Of a DNA stretch of 64,000 nucleotides, positions 19,368 to 28,681 are shown in pieces (positions within the stretch are counted from its first letter, which is position 1; each line of letters starts with the position of its first letter). The stretch is from the NCBI GenBank assembly GCA_034086705.1, contig JAXDZV010000006.1, forward strand, positions 6,341 to 70,340, written 5' to 3'. The notes under the pieces were generated by a model. The model worked only from the letters and a program-made list of their open reading frames with translations. It did no database searches and had not been told where the DNA came from. Origin of the DNA: Eubacteriales bacterium (GTDB taxonomy: Bacteria > Bacillota > Clostridia > Oscillospirales > CAG-272). Position numbers and translations under genes: made by a program.

Positions 19368-20434
19368 ACGGGGAAATATTAAAGCAGCTGCGTATGCAAA
19401 TGCCTGCGCAGGTGGATGCCGTGTTGGTGGAGGATCCGCTGCACCAATATTACCTCAGCGGATTTCACTATACGGATGGACATCTGGTAATCGGTCGAGA
19501 AAAGGCCTGGCTTTTTACGGATTTCCGCTATATTGAGGCGGCTCGTGCATCTGTCGGCACCGTGGCGTTTGAATTGCACGAAAAAACTTCTGCTTCCTAT
19601 GTGTACTCTGTTTTGCAGCAGGCAGGTATTCAAACGCTAGGCTATGAGGATTTATTTTTGAGTGTAGACGCGTTGCGCCGAATGAAAATTGCTATGCCGG
19701 GATTATCCTTTGTGCCGGTTGGGGAATGGATTGTGGGGCGACGGCGGTTTAAAACCGAGGCGGAACTGGAATGTATTCGCCGTGCACAGATGATTACAGA
19801 TGCTGCGTTTGCGCATATACTGAACTTTATCACACCGGAGCGTACAGAGAAAGAAATTGCACTGGAGCTGGAATTTTTTATGCGCAAAAACGGGGCGGAA
19901 CGCGCTTCTTTTGATATCATTTGTATCAGCGGGCAAAAAACATCTTTGCCGCACGGTGAGCCGGAAGACAGAAAGCTGGAAAAGGGATTCTTGACCATGG
20001 ATTTTGGTTGTACCTACGGCGGGTATGCTTCCGACATGACACGTACTGTTGCACTCGGAAATGTCAGCGTGCAGATGCGCCGTGTATATGATACCGTACG
20101 GGAGGCACAATCTCGGGCGCTGGCCTATATCGGTTGGAACAAAAGCTGCAAAGAAGCGGACCGTATCGCGCGTGATTATATCAACGAGAGTGGATATGTG
20201 GGGGCATTCGGGCATTCCTTGGGACATGGTGTTGGACTTGCCATTCATGAAGCGCCAAGGCTTGCGCCGTCCTGCCGTGTGGAAGAGGTGCTGGAAAATG
20301 GTGACGTTGTAACCTGTGAGCCGGGCATTTATTTGCCGGGGCAGTTCGGTGTGCGTATTGAGGATATGGTTTTGATTCATGACAACACAGCGGAGACGAT
20401 CACCCACAGCCCCAAAGAATTGATTATTCTTTGA
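19364..20434 (+). CDS. M24 family Xaa-Pro aminopeptidase (YqhT-like)
   Basis: Creatinase-like N-domain plus M24 metal ligands (DFGCTYGGYASDMTRT, HSLGHGVGLAIHE, EPGIY, RIED). The position upstream of efp matches Bacillus. Confidence 0.9.
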   Translation: MNGEILKQLRMQMPAQVDAVLVEDPLHQYYLSGFHYTDGHLVIGREKAWLFTDFRYIEAARASVGTVAFELHEKTSASYVYSVLQQAGIQTLGYEDLFLSVDALRRMKIAMPGLSFVPVGEWIVGRRRFKTEAELECIRRAQMITDAAFAHILNFITPERTEKEIALELEFFMRKNGAERASFDIICISGQKTSLPHGEPEDRKLEKGFLTMDFGCTYGGYASDMTRTVALGNVSVQMRRVYDTVREAQSRALAYIGWNKSCKEADRIARDYINESGYVGAFGHSLGHGVGLAIHEAPRLAPSCRVEEVLENGDVVTCEPGIYLPGQFGVRIEDMVLIHDNTAETITHSPKELIIL

Positions 20435-20479
20435 AAAATAAAAAATATGCCCTGGCCGCATGATTTTTCAACACAGCCC

Positions 20480-20508
20480 TTGCAAAAGCAGAGAAAATCT
20501 GTTATACT
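20480..20508 (+). promoter_or_regulatory. sigma-70-type promoter of efp
   Basis: TTGCAA, a 17-nt spacer, then TATACT. Confidence 0.5.
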
Positions 20509-20559
20509 ATACGGCGAGTGATATTTGATTCGGATTTTGAAAAGCTTTGGAGGTATCAT

Positions 20560-21117
20560 ATGGTAATCGCAGGTGACTTTAAAAATGGTGTAACCTTTGA
20601 GTTGGACGGCAGTGTTTTGCAGGTTGTGGAGTTCCAGCATGTTAAGCCTGGAAAGGGTGCGGCATTTGTTAGAACGAAGTTGAAAAATGTAATCACGGGG
20701 GCCGTGACAGAAAGAACATTCAGCCCGACTGATAAGTTTGAGCCGGCACGGATTGAGCGAAAAGAAATGCAATATTCTTATAACGATGGGGATCTGTATT
20801 ATTTTATGGATATGGAAACCTTTGACATGATCCCGCTCAACAGTGATGTTTTGCCGGACAGCTTTAAGTTTGTCAAGGAAGAAATGATGTGCAAGATTGT
20901 TTCCTATAAAGGAAAGGTGTTTTCTGTAGAGCCACCGACGTTTGTTGAGCTAAAGGTAGTGGATACGGAGCCGGGCTTTAAGGGTGACACGGCGACCGGC
21001 ACAACGAAGCCGGCAACACTGGAAACAGGCGCGGTTATTAAGGTGCCGTTGTTTATCGATGTGGATACGATGATTCGTATTGATACAAGAACGGGCGAGT
21101 ATCTGGAGAGAGCGTAA
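20560..21117 (+). CDS. efp: elongation factor P
   Basis: Trimmed to ATG 20560 (GGAGG RBS). [44 protein letters not shown]. Confidence 0.95.
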   Translation: MVIAGDFKNGVTFELDGSVLQVVEFQHVKPGKGAAFVRTKLKNVITGAVTERTFSPTDKFEPARIERKEMQYSYNDGDLYYFMDMETFDMIPLNSDVLPDSFKFVKEEMMCKIVSYKGKVFSVEPPTFVELKVVDTEPGFKGDTATGTTKPATLETGAVIKVPLFIDVDTMIRIDTRTGEYLERA

Positions 21118-21149
21118 GCGATTTTTGAATTGCAGAAAGGAATGGTAAT

Positions 21150-21560
21150 ATGAATCTGACGGAGAAAGCGGCATATTTGAAGGGCCTGATGGAAGGCATG
21201 AATTTTGACAAAACCACAAACGAGGGAAAGCTGATCGCTGGGATCATTGATATGGTGGACGATTTGGCGTTGTCAATGTCTGATTTGACCGAGCAGACAC
21301 AGACTTTGAGTGAATATGTCGAGGAATTGGACGAAGATCTCGGCGCAGTTGAAGAGGATCTCTACGGCGATGCGGATGAGGATGACGACGACGAGGACGA
21401 GGATTTTGTTGAAATTGAGTGCCCCAATTGTGGTGAGTCCGTGTACTTTGATGATTCGATCGATCTGGAGCATATTATTTGTCCCTCCTGCGGAGAGGAG
21501 TTCTCCTGTGTATGCGACTGCTGTGAAGATGGAGATGGCAGTTGCGAGCATTGCAAATAA
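21150..21560 (+). CDS. acidic, Cys-rich zinc-ribbon protein of unknown function (efp-linked)
   Basis: Helical N-domain, then the acidic run DADEDDDDEDEDF, then CPNCG...CPSCG plus the tail CVCDCCEDGDGSCEHC. Confidence 0.75.
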   Translation: MNLTEKAAYLKGLMEGMNFDKTTNEGKLIAGIIDMVDDLALSMSDLTEQTQTLSEYVEELDEDLGAVEEDLYGDADEDDDDEDEDFVEIECPNCGESVYFDDSIDLEHIICPSCGEEFSCVCDCCEDGDGSCEHCK

Positions 21561-21670
21561 TTTACGTTTTCCAAAAGAGCTTGCTGTTTTTTAGCGGAGT
21601 GTCCGTAAAACAGGAATCCGAAAAAACTACTATTTTACGGCATCTGTCAAACAGGATTGCTTAACGAAAA

Positions 21671-21714
21671 AACACGCCACATTCAGCCTCAAAGACTGGG
21701 TGTGGTGTGTTTTT
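21671..21714 (+). terminator. rho-independent terminator (likely end of the efp operon)
   Basis: A 10-bp stem ACACGCCACA / TGTGGTGTGT (one G-U pair) followed by TTTTT, with an A-run upstream. Confidence 0.65.
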
Positions 21715-21963
21715 CTATTTTTGTTTCCTTATTCCCTCCCTGTACCGCCGGTATGACCGTACCTTACTACGCTGGTTGGGGTTTTCCTATCCTTGGGCAG
21801 CTTCAAAACAGAACAAGAGCAGAAACAAAGGCAGAAAATTGCCGCAATAAGGGAGATCCTGCGTCACCTGAGAGGTCGGCAACATCGCAGGAACGGCTGA
21901 CGGACTGTTGAAAAATTTCGGCAAACACCGTACAGGTTGTTGATTTTCCGATATGTATGCTAT

Positions 21964-21995
21964 CCTTTATTCGGAACAAATGGTCTGAATAAAGG
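21964..21995. promoter_or_regulatory. inverted repeat, candidate TetR operator
   Basis: CCTTTATTCGGA-N8-TCTGAATAAAGG, with 11 of 12 arm positions complementary. It lies between a putative promoter and the GTG start of the TetR-like ORF. Confidence 0.4.
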
Positions 21996-22005
21996 GGACG
22001 AGTTA

Positions 22006-22380
22006 GTGGCGAATGATACCAAAGCACAATGGAATGCCAAAAAGACCGAGCTGATGGGAAAATGCTATAACGGTTTTGCCGATTTGGGCTTGCATGGCAC
22101 CACTATCCGCCCTCTGGCTGAGCATTGCGGATGTAACAAGACTATGATTTATACCTATTTCAAGGATTTTGACGACCGAATCATCCAGTCCACCGAATAC
22201 TGTATGAGCAAGGTGGAAGATACGTTTATGGCGAAAGCTCCCACCGATGTGGAGGACTTGTGGTGGTTTATGGACGAGATCCCCTACTGGACGGCAAAAA
22301 AGCACGGCAAGAAATACCGCCTGATGTATCAAACAACTGCTATGTCACGGGAGGGATCGTTGGTGAAGCCAAGGGCGTAA
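22006..22380 (+). pseudogene. TetR/AcrR family regulator, N-terminal fragment (truncated)
   Basis: GTG 22006 with an AAAGGGGA RBS. The HTH region is HGTTIRPLAEHCGCNKTMIYTYFKDFDD. It is only about 124 aa, against a typical 180-200 aa. The tail TTAMSREGSLVKPRA runs antisense into the convergent ORF. Confidence 0.5.
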
Positions 22381-22610
22381 CCATCCAAAACTGCTATGAA
22401 ACTGTCTAATGTTGATTCGCCGTTTACGACACTCCAAGCGTTTGCAAAATCAAGAAATAACTTCCTGTTTTCTTCATCCAATGCCGCCGTCAGTTTTTCC
22501 TCGTTATTCATCAGAATTTCCATCTGCTTCTGAACAGCTTTGTTTTGCTTTGTGCTACGTGCCTGTGGATCCAGATTTCCGTAGAAAAATTCTTCAATAA
22601 AGTTTGTCAT
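22329..22610 (-). CDS. small DUF6809-like protein (family commonly seen in Firmicutes mobile elements; recalled from memory)
   Basis: GGAGGA RBS. N-terminus MTNFIEEFFYGNLDPQ...EKLTAALDEENRKLF follows the ILEELYYGN...L.atL..e pattern. Its 3' end overlaps the TetR fragment by 52 nt. Confidence 0.45.
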   Translation of the reverse strand: MTNFIEEFFYGNLDPQARSTKQNKAVQKQMEILMNNEEKLTAALDEENRKLFLDFANAWSVVNGESTLDSFIAVLDGYALGFTNDPSRDIAVV

Positions 22611-22630
22611 TGTGTCATCCTCCGTTATGA

Positions 22631-22654
22631 ATTGAATTATCCTTGCAATTCAAT
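22631..22654. promoter_or_regulatory. inverted repeat overlapping the putative promoter of the DUF6809-like gene
   Basis: ATTGAATT-N8-AATTCAAT, with perfect 8-bp arms. Confidence 0.35.
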
Positions 22655-22678
22655 CATTCTGGCTGACTACAAAAGCCG

Positions 22679-22712
22679 AAGGGAGACAACTTCCTTACGA
22701 AGTGTCTCCCTT
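22679..22712 (-). terminator. terminator downstream of tatD
   Basis: AAGGGAGACA / TGTCTCCCTT stem, followed on the minus strand by CGGCTTTTG. Confidence 0.6.
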
Positions 22713-22736
22713 GCGTCCTTTCTTTGTGCTCCGCTT

Positions 22737-23561
22737 TCAGCATTCTGCCGTAAGCCCGAATACGGCATACGCATTTTCTCGCGTGATCTGCGCAATATGT
22801 TCCGGTGTTGTCCCGCGCGCAGTTGCAAGCAACTGCGCAGTATACTGCAAATAACCGGAATGATTTAGCTTTCCCCGCATCGGAACCGGCGCTAAATACG
22901 GGCAATCTGTCTCTAACAACAACCGCTCATCGGGTACTGCACGTACGGCGTCCAGCAATCCAGATGCATTACGAAAGGTCACAGAACCGGAAAAAGAGAC
23001 ATAATATCCCATCCGTAGGCACTCCTGCACACATTCCGCTGAAAAAGAACAACTGTGTAAAATTCCCCGCACCGACGGATATGCATGCAACACCGAAATG
23101 GTCGGTGCAACTGCTTCTCGACTGTGAATCACAACAGGCTTACCCGTTTGTGCGGCCAGCTCCATTTGCAGCATAAACCAGCGTTGCTGCTCCTGCTTGG
23201 GAGAAAAATCATAGTGATAATCCAACCCGATTTCGCCAATCGCCACACATTTTGGATCGGCTAGCAATTCTCCTAGCTCTGAAAGCACCTTTTGCTCCGT
23301 TTGTTTTGTTGCCTGCTGTGCTTGGTGCGGATGAATCCCCGCTGTAAAAACTACCTTCTCATACTGTGCGGCAAGAGCCTGCGCCGCACGCGCAGAGGCA
23401 AGATCACTGGCGCTGTTACATACCCCGCATACCGTGTTTTTATCAAACAGCTCCTGTAAAAGCGCCTGCGGCCCTTGCGGAAGCTCCTGCGCAAATCGTG
23501 CATCGTCATAGTGCGCGTGCGCATCGAAAAGAGCCAACGGCTCTTGTGGTTGTTGCTGCAT
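22737..23561 (-). CDS. TatD family metal-dependent hydrolase
   Basis: LFDAHAHYDD at the N-terminus, plus GIHPHQ, AIGEIGLDYHY, PVVIHSREA and LLETDCPYL. Confidence 0.9.
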   Translation of the reverse strand: MQQQPQEPLALFDAHAHYDDARFAQELPQGPQALLQELFDKNTVCGVCNSASDLASARAAQALAAQYEKVVFTAGIHPHQAQQATKQTEQKVLSELGELLADPKCVAIGEIGLDYHYDFSPKQEQQRWFMLQMELAAQTGKPVVIHSREAVAPTISVLHAYPSVRGILHSCSFSAECVQECLRMGYYVSFSGSVTFRNASGLLDAVRAVPDERLLLETDCPYLAPVPMRGKLNHSGYLQYTAQLLATARGTTPEHIAQITRENAYAVFGLTAEC

Positions 23562-23630
23562 ATTTCTGTCCTTTTTTACTGAGTTTGGTATTCTGTACGC
23601 TTTGCGGCAATTCTTTTTCTCTATTTTTCT

Positions 23631-25583
23631 TTACCGAATCCTTGCCCCCAACGGTGTTTGTTCATCCAGGAACAATACGCGCGGCGTATCTTCCCCGGCT
23701 GCCAAAATCATTCCCTGGCTCTCTACCCCGCGCAGCTTTGCAGCCGCAAGATTTGCAACCAGGGCAACCTTCTTGCCAAGCAGCATCTGTGGCTCGTAAA
23801 TCTCAGCAATGCCGGAAACAACCTGCCGCCGCTCCTGCCCCAAATCCAACTCCAGTCGTAACAGCTTGTTCGATTTTGGAACACGATCACATGCAACCAC
23901 GCGTGCACACCGCAGCTCAATGTTCATAAAAGCGTCAATGGAAACAGTTGGCAGATGCTCCATCGGCACAAACGGCTCTTGCTGCAGCGAAGCCTGCGTC
24001 GCCGCCTGAATCTGCGACGCCTGCTGTTCCATCTCTGCACACACAGCTTCTTCGTCCATCCGCGCAAAGAGAGGTGCCGCGGAGCAAACTTTCACGCCGC
24101 TTCGCAAAGCACCGAACGTCAGCGATTCGTCAGCATCGCCAAGTTGCGTGCGAATTTTTTGCGCAGTTTGCGGCATAAATGGCGTCAGCAGCGCTGCACC
24201 ATACCGAATGGTTTCCAACAAATAGTACATAACGCCGCACAGTCGCCGTCTGCCCTCCTCGCTTTTCGCCAGTATCCATGGTGCTGTTTCGTCGATATAT
24301 TTATTGGCTCTGCCAAAAAGCTCAAACAGTGCGGCAAGGGCGTCCGCAATCCGGTAGGAATCCATGGCGGAAAAAACGCGTTGTTTTGTTGTTTCGCAGA
24401 AAGACCGCAGCGTCTCATCCAAGGGTTCCTCCGTAGCGGGCGTGGGAACGCTTCCATCAAAATACTTCTGTGTCATCGCCACGCTGCGGCTGACAAGATT
24501 GCCAAGATTGTTCGCAAGATCCGTATTATACCGCGTAACAATCGCACCGGGCGTAATGGAACCGTCGGCATTGTATGGCATTTCTGCAAGGCAATAATAC
24601 CGTACAGCGTCTACACCAAAGCGATCCGCCAGTGTATCCGCATACAGCACATTTCCTTTGGATTTGCTCATTTTGTCCGCACCGAACAAAAACCATGGAT
24701 GCCCGAAAATTTTTTTCGGCAGCGGTTCTCCGAGCGCCATAAGAAAAATCGGCCAGTAAATCGAGTGAAAGCGCATGATATCCTTCCCAATCATATGCAC
24801 ATCTGCCGGCCAATACTTCTGATACAGTGCCCCCTGCTGATCCACATCGTAGCCAAGTGCCGTGGCGTAATTGAAAAGTGCATCGATCCAGACATAAATC
24901 ACGTGCTTTTCATCAAATGTAACCGGTATGCCCCAACGAAAAGACGTGCGCGAAACACAAAGATCCTGTAGCCCCGTCTTCAAAAAATTATTCACCATTT
25001 CTTTGCGGCGGCTTTCTGGCTCAATCCAATCGGGATGCTGTTCGATGTACTGCAGCAAGCGATCCTGGTATGCGCTCATACGGAAAAAGTACGCCTCTTC
25101 TTTTGTTTTCTGCAACCGCGCCCCGCAATCCGGGCAGCATCCGTCGTGTTCCTGCGCTTGCGTTTGGGTGAAGAAAGCCTCACACGGTACACAATACCAG
25201 CCCTCGTATTCATTTTTATAGATGTCACCCTGACGATACAGCCGCTCAAACACATGCTGCACCGCCGCCACATGGTCTGCATCCGTGGTTCGGATAAAAC
25301 GGTCATAGGAGATCTGCATACGATCCCAAATATGGCGGATTTCCCCTGCCACTTTGTCAACATACGCCTGCGGACTAACACCTGCCTGCTGTGCACAGCG
25401 CTCAATCTTCTGCCCATGCTCATCTGTGCCGGTCAAGAAAAACACATCATACCCGCGCTGCCGCTTATAACGCGCCACCGCATCCGCTGCGATTGCTTCA
25501 TAGGTATTGCCGATGTGTGGCTTTTGCGAACTGTACACAATCGCAGTTGTAATGTAAAAGGGTTCTTTTTTTGTATCTTTCAA
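23631..25583 (-). CDS. metG: methionine--tRNA ligase with C-terminal tRNA-binding domain
   Basis: TTG start. FYITTAIVYSSQKPHIGN (HIGH), KMSKSKGN (KMSKS), a Zn knuckle CVPCEAF...CPDCG and an EMAP-like C-terminus. Confidence 0.95.
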   Translation of the reverse strand: MKDTKKEPFYITTAIVYSSQKPHIGNTYEAIAADAVARYKRQRGYDVFFLTGTDEHGQKIERCAQQAGVSPQAYVDKVAGEIRHIWDRMQISYDRFIRTTDADHVAAVQHVFERLYRQGDIYKNEYEGWYCVPCEAFFTQTQAQEHDGCCPDCGARLQKTKEEAYFFRMSAYQDRLLQYIEQHPDWIEPESRRKEMVNNFLKTGLQDLCVSRTSFRWGIPVTFDEKHVIYVWIDALFNYATALGYDVDQQGALYQKYWPADVHMIGKDIMRFHSIYWPIFLMALGEPLPKKIFGHPWFLFGADKMSKSKGNVLYADTLADRFGVDAVRYYCLAEMPYNADGSITPGAIVTRYNTDLANNLGNLVSRSVAMTQKYFDGSVPTPATEEPLDETLRSFCETTKQRVFSAMDSYRIADALAALFELFGRANKYIDETAPWILAKSEEGRRRLCGVMYYLLETIRYGAALLTPFMPQTAQKIRTQLGDADESLTFGALRSGVKVCSAAPLFARMDEEAVCAEMEQQASQIQAATQASLQQEPFVPMEHLPTVSIDAFMNIELRCARVVACDRVPKSNKLLRLELDLGQERRQVVSGIAEIYEPQMLLGKKVALVANLAAAKLRGVESQGMILAAGEDTPRVLFLDEQTPLGARIR

Positions 25584-25877
25584 AGATCTGTACCATCCTT
25601 TCTTTCTTTATCTCGCCGTTTCCGCTCCGCATGCCGGCGCAGGTATCACCCACACCACATAAAAACAATCACGGCAAGCATACATTCCGATAAACCCTGT
25701 GCCGGGTGCAAGTAGCCGGACAAAGGTTACCAAACTTACCGCAGTCAGAGCCGCAACAATGGGTTTACAGCGACCGGGCAGAAAGTGAATTCAGTACGAA
25801 AGCGATGCTGCCGTAAATCTACCCGCCAGCCTCGCCCGCGTACGGGGCTGCCCCTTTTTGAGTATTGCCGCCCGCCT

Positions 25878-27029
25878 CTATTCTATGCGCTGTCCGCGCG
25901 CCCAGACAGACGCAATCGAAAAATCCAAACCTTTCTGCTCTTTTTGCAGCACTAAAAAGTCTGCCCGCAGGCCTGCGCGCAACGCGCCGCAGCAATTTTG
26001 AAGGCCAACCATTCTTGCCGGGTTACTCGTTGCGTACGGCAGCGCCTGTTCCAGCGACAACTCACAGAACTGCATAAAACGGCGCAATCCCGTCCAAAGA
26101 GAAATCGTGCTACCGGCAATATGCCCTTCCGCGTTCAACGCTTTTCCGTCCTTTACGGTCACGCTTATACCGGCAATTGCATATTCCCCATCCGGGCAAC
26201 CCGTGGCCGACATAGAATCCGTGATCAGTACCAGTTTCTGTGCTTGCTTACAGCGTTGCGTCATTCGCACCATACCGGGATGCAGATGGAATCCGTCGCT
26301 GATGATTTCGCAAAAAGCATCTGTGCTCAGCGCTGCTCCGGCGCAACCGGGCGCACGATGATGCAGGGGTGGCATACAGTTATATAAATGGGTAAACGCA
26401 GTACATCCCCAATCCAGTGCCTGTAGCGCTTGCTCATAACTTGCATCGCTGTGGCCGATACCGCAGCTGCCGCCGCGGCGGCATACAGCGCGAATCGTTT
26501 CTGCAGCACCGGGCAGTTCCGGTGCCAGCGTGAAATGGAAAGCTCCACCATGTGCCGCGTCCAGCAGCAACTCTGCCTCTGCCGGCTGCGGCAGACAAAG
26601 AAGTTGTGGCGCATGCGCACCGCGGCGTATAGGGGAAAGATATCGCCCTTCTATATGAACTCCGTCAAAGCCTGCCTCTTGCACACGCTGTACCGCTTGC
26701 AGCATCTGTGCAAACGGTGCAGAAGCAATCGTTGGCAAAAGCGTTGTCGTACCATCCAATGCGTAAGAACGGCGCATTTGCCGCATCTGTTCCGCAGTGG
26801 CATCGCAAAAATCAAAGCCAAGCCGGCCATGGGTGTGCACATCCACGAGGCCCGGAATCAGTAAACAGCCGTTTGCCTGCCGTGTTTGAGCGTCTATCTG
26901 TGTTGTTTGCATCGGTGGCAACACTGCTTCAACCAGACCATCCCGCACCAAAAGCGAACCTGGGCAAAAGCATGCCCGTTCCGTGTCATAAATCTGTGCA
27001 CCTGTCCAAAGTGTCCGTTCCGTTTTCAA
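25878..27029 (-). CDS. nagA: N-acetylglucosamine-6-phosphate deacetylase
   Basis: LIPGLVDVHTHG, GVHIEGRYLSPIRRGAH, AFTHLYNCM and LITDSMSA. The exact start is uncertain because the TTG sits very close to the GGAGGG. Confidence 0.88.
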   Translation of the reverse strand: MKTERTLWTGAQIYDTERACFCPGSLLVRDGLVEAVLPPMQTTQIDAQTRQANGCLLIPGLVDVHTHGRLGFDFCDATAEQMRQMRRSYALDGTTTLLPTIASAPFAQMLQAVQRVQEAGFDGVHIEGRYLSPIRRGAHAPQLLCLPQPAEAELLLDAAHGGAFHFTLAPELPGAAETIRAVCRRGGSCGIGHSDASYEQALQALDWGCTAFTHLYNCMPPLHHRAPGCAGAALSTDAFCEIISDGFHLHPGMVRMTQRCKQAQKLVLITDSMSATGCPDGEYAIAGISVTVKDGKALNAEGHIAGSTISLWTGLRRFMQFCELSLEQALPYATSNPARMVGLQNCCGALRAGLRADFLVLQKEQKGLDFSIASVWARGQRIE

Positions 27030-27151
27030 GCCCTCCTTTTTCCCTCTTTTCAGTTCAGTATAACATATTTCCTATCCGGTTTCAACGGTTTTTAAAAAAA
27101 AGCAAGACATTTCGCCTCGCCGCCCGTTGACACAGAACACCGGAGTGTGCT

Positions 27152-28381
27152 ATGATGTTGCGTATACGAAGAAAAGGAAAGGCTCGGTATTACGGCATGC
27201 AACAAAGAATTTATGCGGATCACGCGGCGACTACGCCGCTTTCTCAGCCTGCTTTCCAGGCAATGTTGCCGTATTTTACAGAGATCTTTGCCAACCCTTC
27301 CAGCCTGCACAGCGAGGGTATGCATGCAGCCGATGCGCTTTCTGTTGCGCGCAGCGCAGTAGCCGCCGGCCTGTCTTGCTCCCCTGCAGAGGTTGTCTTC
27401 ACATCCGGGGGGACAGAAAGTGACGTGCTCGCCTGGCACAGCGCCGCGATGTTCGGGGCAGCGCAAGGAAAACGACATTTTATCACTTCGCAAATAGAGC
27501 ATCATGCCGTTTTAAATACGGCACAAGCCTTGGCAGAGCAAGGGTTTTCGGTTACATTTCTTTCACCGAACAGGAACGGGCTGATCTCGCCGGAGCAACT
27601 ACGCCAGTCAATTCGCGAAGATACGGTGTTTGTCAGCTTGATGACCGCAAATAATGAAATCGGTACGATCCAACCTGTATCTGCATATGCCGCTGTTTGC
27701 CGCGCGGCGGGGGTGCTCTTTCATACCGACGCCGTGCAGGCAGTTGGGCATATCCCCTTATCTTTTTCTGAGATCGGCTGCGACTATTTATCCTGTTCCG
27801 CGCACAAATTCGGCGGCCCGAAGGGCGTCGGTGTTTTACTGATCCGGCGCGGCGTTCCCTTTACGCCTTTGCTTTTCGGAGGCGCACAGGAACGCGGCCG
27901 CCGTCCCGGTACTGAAAATTTGCCCTGCATTGTCGGAATGGCAGCCGCTCTGCAAGATGCTCTACAAAACCGGGCCGCACAGGCCGCGCGCCTTATCCCG
28001 CTTCGCAACCGTTTGATGGAAGGGCTCTTACAAATTCCGTATACTGTGTGTGACGGAGATCCCGTACACCGTCTGCCGGGTAACGTGCACGTCTGCTTTG
28101 CAGGAGTGGATGCAGAAGCTTTACTGCTACGGCTTGATGCAAAGGGAATTGCTGCCTCCGCCGGCGCCGCTTGTTCTGCCGGCGCGCTGGAACCGAGTCA
28201 TGTTCTGTTGGCCTTAGGGCGTCCTGCCTCTCTTGCGCGAGGGTCTTTACGTCTTTCCCTTGGATCATTGACCCAACCGGACGACATCCCGCAAATTCTG
28301 CAGGCAGTGACAGATGCTGTCTGTCACCTGCGCCGCCTCTCCCCCGGCTGGGAGCAATCAATCCCCGAAAACTTATTCTGA
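27152..28381 (+). CDS. cysteine desulfurase (NifS/IscS class V aminotransferase)
   Basis: IYADHAATTPL, SGGTESD, the PLP-lysine motif SAHKFGGPKG and the active-site loop SAGAACSAG. An alternative start is ATG 27197. Confidence 0.9.
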   Translation: MMLRIRRKGKARYYGMQQRIYADHAATTPLSQPAFQAMLPYFTEIFANPSSLHSEGMHAADALSVARSAVAAGLSCSPAEVVFTSGGTESDVLAWHSAAMFGAAQGKRHFITSQIEHHAVLNTAQALAEQGFSVTFLSPNRNGLISPEQLRQSIREDTVFVSLMTANNEIGTIQPVSAYAAVCRAAGVLFHTDAVQAVGHIPLSFSEIGCDYLSCSAHKFGGPKGVGVLLIRRGVPFTPLLFGGAQERGRRPGTENLPCIVGMAAALQDALQNRAAQAARLIPLRNRLMEGLLQIPYTVCDGDPVHRLPGNVHVCFAGVDAEALLLRLDAKGIAASAGAACSAGALEPSHVLLALGRPASLARGSLRLSLGSLTQPDDIPQILQAVTDAVCHLRRLSPGWEQSIPENLF

Positions 28382-28540
28382 TTTCTATGCAGAGAGGTGC
28401 ACTGCCTGTCAAAACCGGCTTTTTGCTTTCCATCCGCACAGACCACGGACACTTTGCCACTCATGCAGCATAGGCAGTTTGCGAATGTAGCTTTTTTGAA
28501 AAGGTTGCGTGTTCAGCAACTGCTTTTCAATGACTCACAT

Positions 28541-28556
28541 TGTTTCACGTGAAACA
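28541..28556. other. parS (ParB/Spo0J centromere-like site), perfect palindrome
   Basis: TGTTTCACGTGAAACA matches the Bacillus/Firmicutes parS consensus TGTTNCACGTGAAACA at 16/16. It is intergenic. Confidence 0.8.
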
Positions 28557-28621
28557 CTCCTTTTTCCTTGTCATGTGTTGTTACATCTCTGCCCCTCCAG
28601 ACATTTTCTATAAAATACAGG

Positions 28622-28663
28622 GCCTCCTGCACCGGTTTGGAAAAACCGATGCAGGAGGCTTTT
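28622..28663. terminator. terminator-like hairpin between the cysteine desulfurase and SLOG genes
   Basis: GCCTCCTGCA-CGGTTT / AACCG-TGCAGGAGGC stem followed by TTTTGG. Confidence 0.6.
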
Positions 28664-28681
28664 GGCATTTATGTTTTATGT

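Noticed and set aside
21603-21640. The CCGTAAAA...TTTTACGG inverted repeat after the zinc-ribbon gene.
   Set aside because: It has an 8-bp A/T-rich stem with a loop of about 22 nt. The structure is weak, and the real terminator is the stronger hairpin at 21671..21714.
25635-25650. A confident T-box riboswitch call upstream of metG.
   Set aside because: The sequence resembles the T-box core, but the UGGN tRNA-acceptor-binding bulge reads UGAU. No clear terminator/antiterminator alternative was found by eye. It is kept only as an unexplained leader in the findings.
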